Source: Thermodesulfobacteriota bacterium (GTDB lineage: Bacteria > Desulfobacterota_D > UBA1144 > Nemesobacterales > JAJCZQ01). Taken from it: 64,000 bases of DNA. The DNA lies in contig OZ244044.1 of the NCBI GenBank assembly GCA_965215275.1, positions 672,001-736,000 of the forward strand. The letters are read 5' to 3'. The position numbers and the translations under genes are program-made. The notes beneath the pieces were generated by a model that saw only the letters and a program-made list of their open reading frames with translations, searched no databases and was not told the origin of the DNA. Every line of letters begins with the position of its first letter. Positions within the stretch are counted from its first letter, which is position 1. Positions 43,930 through 54,087 of this stretch are shown here, one piece after another.

Positions 43930-43950
43930 AAATGTTAAACTTTCAAGGAG

Positions 43951-44391
43951 ATGAAAAATTTTATAATCAGCAGAGAATCCGACCTTAACGACGGCACACA
44001 GCATGATATAACGGAGATTGCCAAAGAAGCCGGTCTTCCTTTTATCGTATTTACCACAGCTGGGGTCTGGAACGAGTGGATAGCACCTGATGAACATTCA
44101 ATAAAAAAAGGTGAAACGGATCAGAAGCGGATACGGTTAATTCTGCAAAAGCTGATCCATTCCATAAGGATTTACAGAAGGAACAACAGATCAAATCTGT
44201 TAAGTTTTTTCGTGGGTTTAACCAAAAGCGGAAAAACTCAGGACGTGGAACTTCTTTCCTATCTCGGCCCGGTCAGTCTGGAAAAGAAAACTCCCTGTAT
44301 AACGCTGCTTTTAAGAGATGAACTGAACGACGAGGAAGAAAGTTCTTCAGGTCACGTTAAAGATAAACCAGACGGCGATCACCTTAATTAG
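43951..44391 (+). CDS. Hypothetical protein, DUF6573-like
   Basis: DITEIAKEAG..GVW..GET..R..GP..PCITLLL pattern, recognised from memory. Confidence 0.55.
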   Translation: MKNFIISRESDLNDGTQHDITEIAKEAGLPFIVFTTAGVWNEWIAPDEHSIKKGETDQKRIRLILQKLIHSIRIYRRNNRSNLLSFFVGLTKSGKTQDVELLSYLGPVSLEKKTPCITLLLRDELNDEEESSSGHVKDKPDGDHLN

Positions 44392-44397
44392 AAGCTC

Positions 44398-45543
44398 ATG
44401 AAAGAAATATACTTTGATAACAACGCCACCACCCGACCTCTTCCACCGGTAAGAGAGGAAATAATGAAAGTTATGGGTGAGGATTTTGGAAATCCTTCAA
44501 GCATCCACTCGGCAGGTGAAAGAGTAAGGAACTATTTGCTGAAGGCTCGGCAGGCACTTGCAGGTCTTCTGGGCTGCTCTGACCATAACAAAATAATATT
44601 TACAAGTTCCGGAACGGAAGCGAACAACCTGGTGTTTTACTCCCGTTCGATCGGTAGTTCAAAGAAAAGAACAAGAATACTGACCACGGCAGTGGAACAT
44701 TCATCAATACTTAAAATGTGTAACTTCCTTGCTTTAAACAACGTAGAGATCGAGTATATAAAGATCAGCAAAGAGGGCATAGTCGATATCGATGACCTGA
44801 AAGAACTGCTGAGAAAACGACCTGCCGACCTTGTTTCAGTACAGTGGGTAAATAATGAGACCGGGGTCGTGCAGGACCTAAAGGATATAACAGACGTGTG
44901 TGCAGAGTGGGAGGTTCCGTTCCATACCGATGCTGCACAGTCAGTTGGTAAGTTGAAGTTTACAACAAAGAACATGGACCTTGATTACTTAACCCTTGCA
45001 GGGCATAAGTTCCATGCTCCACAAGGCATAGGGGCAGTTTACGTTAAAGATAAAATATCGATCCATCCTTTTCTGTTCGGTGGATTTCAGGAAGAAGGGT
45101 TCAGACCAGGAACTGAAAATATTCCAGGTATTGTAGGTATGGGAAAAGCTTCCGAGATAAGAAACAGGAACATGAATGAAACGATCAGGTATATGAGCAG
45201 GATAAGAGATACTTTTGAAGATACTGTACTGAAAAGTATTGAAGGAACTCAGATCAACGGTACGAGGAATAACAGGATCTGTAACACTACGAACATAATG
45301 TTCAGAGGAATTGATGGAAGAAAGCTGCTCGCATATCTTGATACCCGGGGAATAAGATGTTCGCAGAGTTCCGCGTGTACAAACTTCGACACTGCACCTT
45401 CTTATGTCCTGAGGACCATGGGGATCAGTGAAGAAGAGGCATATTCAAGCATCCGGTTCAGTTTCAGCGAAGAAAATACAGACGAAGAGGTTAGATCAGC
45501 CGTGGAGATCATTGTGAAGGGGTGTAATGAACTGCGAGGTTAG
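44398..45543 (+). CDS. Second cysteine desulfurase (IscS/NifS family)
   Basis: YFDNNATT, GNPSS, GHKFHAPQG, SSACT. Confidence 0.92.
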   Translation: MKEIYFDNNATTRPLPPVREEIMKVMGEDFGNPSSIHSAGERVRNYLLKARQALAGLLGCSDHNKIIFTSSGTEANNLVFYSRSIGSSKKRTRILTTAVEHSSILKMCNFLALNNVEIEYIKISKEGIVDIDDLKELLRKRPADLVSVQWVNNETGVVQDLKDITDVCAEWEVPFHTDAAQSVGKLKFTTKNMDLDYLTLAGHKFHAPQGIGAVYVKDKISIHPFLFGGFQEEGFRPGTENIPGIVGMGKASEIRNRNMNETIRYMSRIRDTFEDTVLKSIEGTQINGTRNNRICNTTNIMFRGIDGRKLLAYLDTRGIRCSQSSACTNFDTAPSYVLRTMGISEEEAYSSIRFSFSEENTDEEVRSAVEIIVKGCNELRG

Positions 45544-45651
45544 GGTCTTCTTAAAAAAATCAATATATTTAACTGTGCGAAAATAAAATACAGCCTTTGT
45601 ATATTTATACACTTGACAGTCATTCATAATACGAAGTAAAATATCAATGTT

Positions 45652-48600
45652 ATGAAACATTCAAACATAAAAACGCGTAGTTCCATTACCCCCCCCCTCC
45701 GTGTATACCTGATCTTTCAGCCTGGTATAAGTATTTTGTAAGAACAATGTTTAAGATAATCCCCCCCCCCCATTCTATCTAAGTTAGTAATTCCCTTTTT
45801 CTTTCTTCTGTGTTTTGTATCCATTGAGGCATATGGTCAGATCAATAACTGTGACACCAGTACCACCGATTTCAATGATCCCTTATACGGGTGTCAGTGG
45901 CATCTGAAAAATACAGGACAGCTTGGGGCTGTAACTACCTCCGGAGAAGATATAAACATAGAAGGGGTCTGGGATGATAATGTATTCGGTGCTGGAATTA
46001 ATATAGCGGTGGTAGATTATGGTATGCAGACAGATCATGAGGACCTTACTGATAATGTAAATACCAGCCTGAATCATGATTATTCAGGAAGCAGTAACAT
46101 ATACGACCCTTCAGAAACTCGTGGTACACGTGTATCGGGAGTTATAGCAGCAGCGGGAGATAACAGCCTTGGAGTAAGAGGCGTAGCACCACAGGCAAGT
46201 ATCTATGGTTATAATTTAGCTGGTAATTTAACTTCTGCTAACGCAAAGGATGCCATGATCCGTAATAGAGATATAACGGCTGTATCCATCAACAACTGGG
46301 GACCGAATGACGACTTGCCCATTCTCAGAGAGGCTTCATCAGAATGGGAAGAAGGAGTAGGAACGGGCATAAGTGAAGGGTTTGGTGGTAAGGGGGTATT
46401 TTATGTATGGGCAGCTGGAGACGGAGATAAAAATTCAAATTTGGCAGATCACGCTAATTTTGACGAATATTCCAACTACTACGCAGTAACTGCCGTATGT
46501 TCGGTAGATGGAGAAGGGAACAAGAGTTCTTTTTCAGAAGAGGGAGTAAATCTGTGGGTATGTGCTCCAGGTGAAGATATTACAACTACTGATAATAACG
46601 ATGGATATGTTTTTGATGCGAGTGGAACGGCATATTCAGCAGCACAGGTTGCAGGTGTGGCGGCACTGATGAGGGAGGTAAACAGTAAACTTAGCTGGAG
46701 AGACCTTAAATTGATACTTGCAGCTTCAGCTCGTAAGAACGACGCTTCCGACACAAGCTGGGAGACGGGAGCACATAAATACGGTTCTGATACAGAAAGT
46801 TATAATTACAATCCTAAGTACGGTTTTGGTGTGGTAGACGCTGAAGCAGCAGCAGGACTTGCTGAAAGCTGGACTAAAGTTGCAGGGATGAGAACTCAGA
46901 CCGCTTCCTCTGGAACTATTGATATGACAATCCCCGACCGCGGTAGCATTACAAGCACCCTGACCATAGCTAATACTGATCTTTTTACAGAATTTGTAGA
47001 GATAGTTCTCAATTTCACTCACGATTACTTTCCAGAATTGAACATACAGATAACGTCCCCTGACGGTACCGTGTCGCAACTTAATGAGGGATTTTACGTC
47101 CCCGACCCAGATGCGTTTAAGACTTTTTACACGGACAAAACCCATCGTTTTGGTTCAGCCAGACACCTTGGAGAAAATCCTGCTGGAGTATGGACTTTGA
47201 ATATATCTGACACTGGTCGTGATGATTCAGGGACTTTACACTCATGGAGCATTAAAGTCTATGGGCATAAGACCGGAGATACAGTGCCAAGCTTTGACGG
47301 TAAGACGATAGATAATAAGGAATATGTAACGGGCAGTGCAATAACAACAGAAACGCTGCCTGCTGCAACTAACGGAAATGCACCGCTAACTTACAGTATA
47401 ACCCCTGGATTACCTGCCGGATTGGATTTTACCCCTGCTACCCGAGTGATAAGCGGGACACCCACTACTGCAACGAGCAGAGCTACTTATACATATACAG
47501 TTACTGATGCAGAGGGAGATACGGATGAGTTGACGTTCGGTATCACGATATCAGCAGACGTAGAACCAAGTTTCAGTGATACGATAGATGATCAGGAGTA
47601 CATAGCAGGGACAGCAACTAACCTTCCGGTAACACTGCCTGCAGCAACGGGAGGGAACGGAGAATTAAGGTACAGTATAACCCCTGGATTACCGACTGGA
47701 TTGAGTTTTGACATTAACACTCGAGTAATAAGCGGAACACCGGCTGCTGCAGAGAGCAGAACAGCTTATACATATACTGTAACGGATGATGATGGGGATA
47801 CAGCTGATCTGACATTCGATATCACGGTGGCTGCAAATGTAGAACCAGGCTTCAGTGATACGATAGATGATCAGGAGTACGTAGCAGGGACAGCAACAAA
47901 CCTTCCGGTAACACTGCCTGCAGCAACGGGAGGGAATGCTCCATTAACTTACAGTATAACCCCTGGATTACCTGCCGGATTGGATTTTACCCCTGCTACC
48001 CGAGTGATAAGTGGAACTCCGACTACTGCAGCGAGCAGAACAGCTTATACATATACTGTAACGGATGATGATGGGGATACAGCTAATTTGACGTTCGGTA
48101 TCACGATATCAGCAGACGTAGAACCAGGCTTCAGCGATACGATAGCTGATCAGGAGTACATAGCAGGAAAAATGACAAACCTTCCGGTAACACTGCCTGC
48201 AGCAACGGGAGGGAACGGAGAATTAAGGTACAGTATAACCCCTGCGTTACCAACTGGATTGAATTTTGACAATAACACTCGAGTAATAAGCGGGACACCG
48301 GCTGCTGCAGCGAGTAAGAATACCTATACATATACGGTAGAAGACATAGATGGAGATACGACTGATTTGACGTTCGGGATCACTATAGAAGAAAACAGCA
48401 TGCCGGACTTCGGCAGTGAAATGATCACTGATAAGGAGTACTTTACGGGTACAGCAGTAACAGAGACGCTGCCTGTTGCAACAGGAGGGAATCCACCAGT
48501 TACTTACAGTATAACTCCTGATCTGCCAGTTGGATTGAATTTTAACGCATCTACCAGAGAGATAAGCGGAACACCGACTACTGCAACGAATAAAATAACT

Positions 48601-49119
48601 TATACATATACTGTAACGGACGAAGATGGAGATGCGGCTGAGTTGAGATTCGGGGTCACTGTAGGATCTGACGTGCCAACCTTTAGCAGTACAACAATTA
48701 CTAATAAGGAGTATGTGAGAGATACAGCAGTAACAGAAACACTACCTATTGCAGCGGGAGGGAATGGAGCATTAAGATACAGTTTAACACCTGCATTACC
48801 AACTGGACTGGATTTTAACGCAGCTACCCGAGAGATAAGCGGAACACCCACCAGTACATCATCGTCTGATACTTACATGTATACTGTAACAGATGAAGAT
48901 GGGGATATGGATGAGTTGAGTTTCACGATCAGGGTAGTGAATCGTCCTGCTCCGTTACCACCAAGACAAACACCAGGTACTGAAGCTGGCGGAGGAGGAT
49001 GTACGATCTCCGATCAGAGCAATGTTGTTTCTGATCTGCTCGGTGCAGTGGTATCTCTGATGCTTATACCTGTATCTGTAGTTATAAGAAGGAAGATAAG
49101 GTGTCAGATAAAGACTTAA
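45652..49119 (+). CDS. Surface S8/kexin-like pseudoprotease, copy 3, with six putative Ig domains; 5' end interrupted by two poly-C tracts
   Basis: The frame upstream of 46009 encodes ILSKLVIPFFFLLCFVSIEAYG..DPLYGCQWHL; RGTRVSG, GTAYSA; GGGGC-TM-RRK tail. Confidence 0.85.
47285..48940 (+). repeat. Six tandem putative Ig (He_PIG-like) units of about 93 aa; 279-bp period in the central units
   Basis: ttcag(t/c)gatacgatag recurs at 47572, 47851 and 48130; LP.GL.F...TR.ISGTP motif occurs six times. Confidence 0.9.
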
Positions 49120-49273
49120 TAATTCACTCCTTTCCAGGACACTTAACGAACTGGGGTCTTTCCATCAGAATATTTACTGGCTGCTTACGGAAGAAAGAAC
49201 AGTAATAATTGCACAAAGCACAGCCACGGAAATTCAGGACAGGATCAGATACTATCAGGTTCAGACAGTACTT

Positions 49274-52200
49274 TTATGCCCGTGCCGAAATAACTGACCC
49301 GCGTCCCAGTTTCATCCTTACATATCCGATCAGATCATGCAGTATCAAATAAAAACACGGGATCAGATAAAGCAATATCATAGTTGAAAAAAGTAATCCG
49401 AAGCCCAGAGCAGTGGCCATCGGAGCAAGGAACGATGCTTCGCCCCTGAATACGAACATGAGGGTCGAGAGACCGGAGAACGTGGTCAGAGTTGTCAAGA
49501 TTATAGGTCTGAACCTATGTTTTGCAGACATTACAACGGCAAAAATGATATTTTGAAACCTGTCTTTTCTCTTATTTATAAAGTCCATAAGCACAAGGCT
49601 GTCATTTACGACTATACCAAACAGGGCAACTATACCAATAATAGCGGGAAGGGTCAGAGGCTCCCCTCTTAACAGTATCCCGGCAGTCACGCCTATAAGC
49701 GTGAACGGTAATATGCTCATTATAATGAACGGCTGGAAGTAGGAACGTAAAATGCTTGCCAGGATCAGATAGATCAGGATTATTGCAGCTATTGAAGCCC
49801 TCATTATATCTCCCATCGTTTTTTTATAATCTTCTGCTTCTCCCGCAAGTCCATACTTATAACCCGGATACTCTTTCAGAAGATCCTTCATATAGGCCAA
49901 GATATTCGAATTAACCTCCTGTGAAGTAGTGAGTTTCTGGTCAACTTCAGCAGTTACCGAAACAGTACGGTTCAGATCTACCCTGTTAATGTTCAAAATG
50001 CCGGGTTTTATCTCAATATCCGCTATTGTTCCAAGGGACACGTTCCTTTTATCGGGAGTGAACACCTGATGCGACTGGAGCAAGCTGATCAGATCTGCCG
50101 AGGAAAAGTCATACTGAACGTTAATATCGGCCTCCTCTTTCCCAATCCTTGTTCGTGCAACGGTAACCCCGTCGGCAATTGCCCTGACCTCTCTTGCAAC
50201 GCTGCCGGTATCAAGTCCGAAAATGGCAGCTTTTCTTTCATCAACGCTGACCCTGAGTTCCGGCTTACCCCAGACGAGATTATCCCTCACTCCATAAACG
50301 CCTTTGTATTTATTAAGCTCCGTCTGTGTCTTTTGTGATATCTCTTCAAGGGTCAACAGGTCCTTGCCAACTATTTCTACATTAACCGGCTTACCGGTCG
50401 GAATACCTACGTCTGATATAAAGTCCAGTTTTTCAGGTCCTACGACCGACCTCTCCACTTCCTCCCGCACCAGGTTCTTCATTTGCAAGCCGTTCTCCTT
50501 TCTCTTGTCAAAATCCTCATATTCAACCATTATGCTGGCAAGGTGTTTCCCGTAAGATGCGGAATCGTTGTTTGTAATATCAATACCGACCATTGAAACC
50601 ATGTTCTTCAATACGTGCTCTGGAACAACCCGCTCGATCACCTCTTCGATCTGTTTTACCGAACTTACCGTATAATTCAGGCTGGACTGCGGGGGATTTT
50701 CCACTCTTATCCTGAATTCTGACGCATCATGCTGATAGAACATCACGTTTGGAAGGCTTCTGATCAGAAAAAAACTGATAAATAAAATAACGGCAAAGGT
50801 ACAGACCACGACGTATCTGTTCCGGAGAGCAAATAACAGACCTTTCAGATAAACCGACCTGATCCTTAAAACCCATCTTCTTTTACCACGGGTCCTTTTT
50901 ACTTCGGGCTTCATCCAGTCTGAACAGTGCGAAGGCATTACCAGGAGTGCTTCGACCAGAGAGACGAACAGAGCAAAGATTGCCACCGTAGGTATAATAG
51001 ATAGAAACTCACCTATTTCCCCAGTTGCAAACAACAAAGGTATGAACGCCGCAATATTGGTAAGCACCGTTGCTATGACCGGCAAGGTTACCTCTTTTGT
51101 TGCTTTTATCGCGGCTTCGCGAGGGGGAACGCCCTGAGAAATGTACCTCTGAACGTTCTCCACAACGATAACCGCGTCGTCCACCACGATCCCCAGTACC
51201 ATTATCAGTCCGAACATCGAGAGCATGTTAATGGTCACTCCGCTTACGTGCATTAAGATGAACGCACCGAGAAACGAGACAGGAATTCCCAACGCCGCAA
51301 TTACCGCAGCCCTTCTGTTCAGAAAAAGTCCAAGCAGCACTAAAACAAAGAACAGCCCCATCCCACCGCTTTTTAACATGCTCTTAAGCCTTTTCTCCAC
51401 CCAGTGAGAAGTATCATTTGTGTCATAGACCTTTACTGACTCAGGGAGCGTACCTTGAAACTCGGACAGGAACCGTCTTATATTCCTGACTATATCAATG
51501 GCATCCGTATCTTTCTGTTTATTTATCCAGAAAGTAATTGAAGGATCGCCGTTAACTCTTGAGGTCGTTACGACCTTATCTTCTCCGATAGTTACCGAGG
51601 CAATGTCTTTTATCAGTACGTGTTTTCCCTGCGGGTCGCTTGTTACCGGTATATCTAAAATATCATCCACGTTGTAGATCTTGCCCGTGGTTCTTACCAG
51701 AAACTCCGTTTTGTCCTGTAAGTAGCTCCCGCCGGGAAGGTCCAGGTTCTTCCTGATAACGGCACTTGATATCTGGTCAATACCGATCCTGTATTGATGC
51801 ATCTTTCTATAGTCCAGCCTGATCCAGAACGCCGGGTCGCCAACTCCTGAAAGAACGATACTGTCAACCCCTTCAATGAGCTGCAGTTTATCCTTGAGCT
51901 TAACGGCGTAACGTCTGAGCGTTTCTCTGGGAACGTCTCCGGCAAGAGCAACGTTCAGCAGAGGAAAGCCCGTAGTTATCTCTTCGATCACCGGATCTTC
52001 TGCATCTTCGGGAAGCTCGGCCTTTACTATTGAGATCTTGGAATCAATGTCCCGTGTGACCTCTAACAGGTTCTCTCCCGTTTCTAACTCTGCACTTATG
52101 ACGGACAGACCTTCGAACGACGTGGACCTTAAAACCCTGATCCCGGAAGTGTTTTTTATTTCCTCCTCGATCGGGACCGTTACCAGTTTTTCAACGTCTT

Positions 52201-52369
52201 CAGCGGACGCTCCGGGAAAAATGGTCTTTACCTTGACTACTTCAAGTTTTACCGAGGGGAATATCTCAAGCGGAAGAACAAGTGCGAACACCAACCCTAT
52301 GACTATGATCGCACCCATCAGAAGGTTGACGAAAACGGAATTTCTAACGGAAAAATCAGCTATGTGCAT
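49274..52369 (-). CDS. RND efflux transporter permease (AcrB/AcrD/AcrF family)
   Basis: GIVVDDAVIVVENV, RFRPIILTTLTT; 1031 aa. Confidence 0.94.
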   Translation of the reverse strand: MHIADFSVRNSVFVNLLMGAIIVIGLVFALVLPLEIFPSVKLEVVKVKTIFPGASAEDVEKLVTVPIEEEIKNTSGIRVLRSTSFEGLSVISAELETGENLLEVTRDIDSKISIVKAELPEDAEDPVIEEITTGFPLLNVALAGDVPRETLRRYAVKLKDKLQLIEGVDSIVLSGVGDPAFWIRLDYRKMHQYRIGIDQISSAVIRKNLDLPGGSYLQDKTEFLVRTTGKIYNVDDILDIPVTSDPQGKHVLIKDIASVTIGEDKVVTTSRVNGDPSITFWINKQKDTDAIDIVRNIRRFLSEFQGTLPESVKVYDTNDTSHWVEKRLKSMLKSGGMGLFFVLVLLGLFLNRRAAVIAALGIPVSFLGAFILMHVSGVTINMLSMFGLIMVLGIVVDDAVIVVENVQRYISQGVPPREAAIKATKEVTLPVIATVLTNIAAFIPLLFATGEIGEFLSIIPTVAIFALFVSLVEALLVMPSHCSDWMKPEVKRTRGKRRWVLRIRSVYLKGLLFALRNRYVVVCTFAVILFISFFLIRSLPNVMFYQHDASEFRIRVENPPQSSLNYTVSSVKQIEEVIERVVPEHVLKNMVSMVGIDITNNDSASYGKHLASIMVEYEDFDKRKENGLQMKNLVREEVERSVVGPEKLDFISDVGIPTGKPVNVEIVGKDLLTLEEISQKTQTELNKYKGVYGVRDNLVWGKPELRVSVDERKAAIFGLDTGSVAREVRAIADGVTVARTRIGKEEADINVQYDFSSADLISLLQSHQVFTPDKRNVSLGTIADIEIKPGILNINRVDLNRTVSVTAEVDQKLTTSQEVNSNILAYMKDLLKEYPGYKYGLAGEAEDYKKTMGDIMRASIAAIILIYLILASILRSYFQPFIIMSILPFTLIGVTAGILLRGEPLTLPAIIGIVALFGIVVNDSLVLMDFINKRKDRFQNIIFAVVMSAKHRFRPIILTTLTTFSGLSTLMFVFRGEASFLAPMATALGFGLLFSTMILLYLIPCFYLILHDLIGYVRMKLGRGSVISARA

Positions 52370-52372
52370 ATA

Positions 52373-53491
52373 CTATCGTGTAATAACTCTTACTTTCTGT
52401 CCGCTTATCAGACCGGCACCACCCTCAACGATTATCAGGCAGTCCGGGGGCAGCATCCCGGCAGGAACAAATCCCGTTTTATCGTCCACCCAGGTAACTT
52501 CCACCGGTACTCTTAAGCTCTTACCTCTCTGCACCACAAAGATAAAGAATTCATCTGCACTGGACAGGACCGCGGTACGAGGTACGCTGACCACGTTACT
52601 GATACTTTTTTCCGGGACCTTTACTTCTATGATCTCCCCTGGCCACCAGTCAGTTCCATCAGGTATTATCTTTATCTCCACCTCGTAGGGTCCGTTACCG
52701 TCCGAGATCCTGCTAACGCCCACGACCTTACCTTTGCCACGTTCGGTAATCCCCGGTGAACCCGCTTTCAGATCGACCACTGTCCCGGCCTTTATGAACT
52801 TTGCCACCCTGGCTTCAGTTGCTGCGATCAGCCTTTTGTCGTTCAGATCAACTACCTTTGCAACCAGGTCGTTTTTAAACACTTCCTGTCCAACGTCAGG
52901 AACGACCCTTATTACGCTTCCTTCTATCGGAGACCTTAACTTCAGACCGTCAAAATCAAATTCTGCCCTTTTATAAAGAGCCTCGACCACCCTTGTATTT
53001 GCTGTTTCAATTTCAAGCTGACTTTTACTCAGATCAAGTCTGTCTCTGGAGATAATCCCCTTTTCAAACAGGGTCCGGTTCTGTGCGTACTGTCGTTTTG
53101 TCTCCTCCAGTTTTGCTTTTGAGGCTTTCAGTCTGAACTCCAGCTCCTGGAACTCAGCCGTTCTTCTCTCGTCAGAAAGTTCTAATATGATCTCTCCTTT
53201 CTTAACCCCGTCACCTCTTTTTGAGTATATCTTACTTACCCAGCCGCCAGTGCTGGCATGAACGTTAACGGTTTTACCCCCTTCAACGCGGCCGATCAGC
53301 TTTCTGTACAGCAGACCGTCCGAGGCAGACGGTGAAATAACCTTCACAGGCCTTGGTACCTGCACGGGTGCGACCTTTGCCGCATCGGAACGAACGGAGG
53401 TCAATCTTAAATACAGACCGGACAGAAGTAACAGGAAAGCACCAACTATCAGTAAAAAAGCAGTCCACTGTTTTTTTGTGGTCTTAGACAT
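52373..53491 (-). CDS. RND efflux periplasmic adaptor (membrane fusion protein)
   Basis: N-terminal TM, GDGVKKGEII, coiled hairpin, LRSPIEG, VPRTAV. Confidence 0.9.
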   Translation of the reverse strand: MSKTTKKQWTAFLLIVGAFLLLLSGLYLRLTSVRSDAAKVAPVQVPRPVKVISPSASDGLLYRKLIGRVEGGKTVNVHASTGGWVSKIYSKRGDGVKKGEIILELSDERRTAEFQELEFRLKASKAKLEETKRQYAQNRTLFEKGIISRDRLDLSKSQLEIETANTRVVEALYKRAEFDFDGLKLRSPIEGSVIRVVPDVGQEVFKNDLVAKVVDLNDKRLIAATEARVAKFIKAGTVVDLKAGSPGITERGKGKVVGVSRISDGNGPYEVEIKIIPDGTDWWPGEIIEVKVPEKSISNVVSVPRTAVLSSADEFFIFVVQRGKSLRVPVEVTWVDDKTGFVPAGMLPPDCLIIVEGGAGLISGQKVRVITR

Positions 53492-53661
53492 ACTGGATTC
53501 CCGGTCTATAAACGGTTAAAAATATGGTAAAAAATTAACTGAAAATTTGCTTTTCGTTAGGAACGGTTTTTATTATAACTTGTTTTGTTTAATAAAAGGT
53601 TGCATTTTATCAGTTTTTCTGAAATAATCCTTATTTAAAAAGAGTTTTAAAAGGAGGAAAC

Positions 53662-53964
53662 ATGGCTACAAAACCAATGAAAAAATCAGAACTATTCTCT
53701 CAGATCGTAGAGAATACAGGTATGCCTAACACCACTGCCAGCAAGAAGTCAGTTGGTAAGATCGTTGACGCATTGATCAATATTGCATATCAGGAAACTA
53801 AGGACAAGGGAGAATTTACAGTACCCGGACTGGGCAAACTGTCCCTCCAGGACCGCAAAGCCCGGACTGGACGTAACCCCGCTACTGGAGAGGTTATAAA
53901 CATTCCGGCCAAGAAGGTCGTGAAGTTTAAAGTTTCCAAAATTGCCAACGATAACATCTTATAG
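53662..53964 (+). CDS. hup: HU-family DNA-binding protein
   Basis: RKARTGRNPATGEVINIPAKKVVKFK. Confidence 0.93.
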   Translation: MATKPMKKSELFSQIVENTGMPNTTASKKSVGKIVDALINIAYQETKDKGEFTVPGLGKLSLQDRKARTGRNPATGEVINIPAKKVVKFKVSKIANDNIL

Positions 53965-54087
53965 ACCTGCCTGGAAATATTAACCTTACGCTTGTTAAAT
54001 TAAATACAAGATAAGGCAGCAGCGGCAACTGGTCATTGGGGCGTATATTAAAAGAGGTATAACTTCTTAATGACCGAGTGCTTTGTA

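Noticed and set aside
6054..49119. Diversity-generating retroelement explaining variation among S8 paralogues
   Set aside because: No reverse transcriptase in the window, and I saw no adenine-specific template/variable repeat pair.
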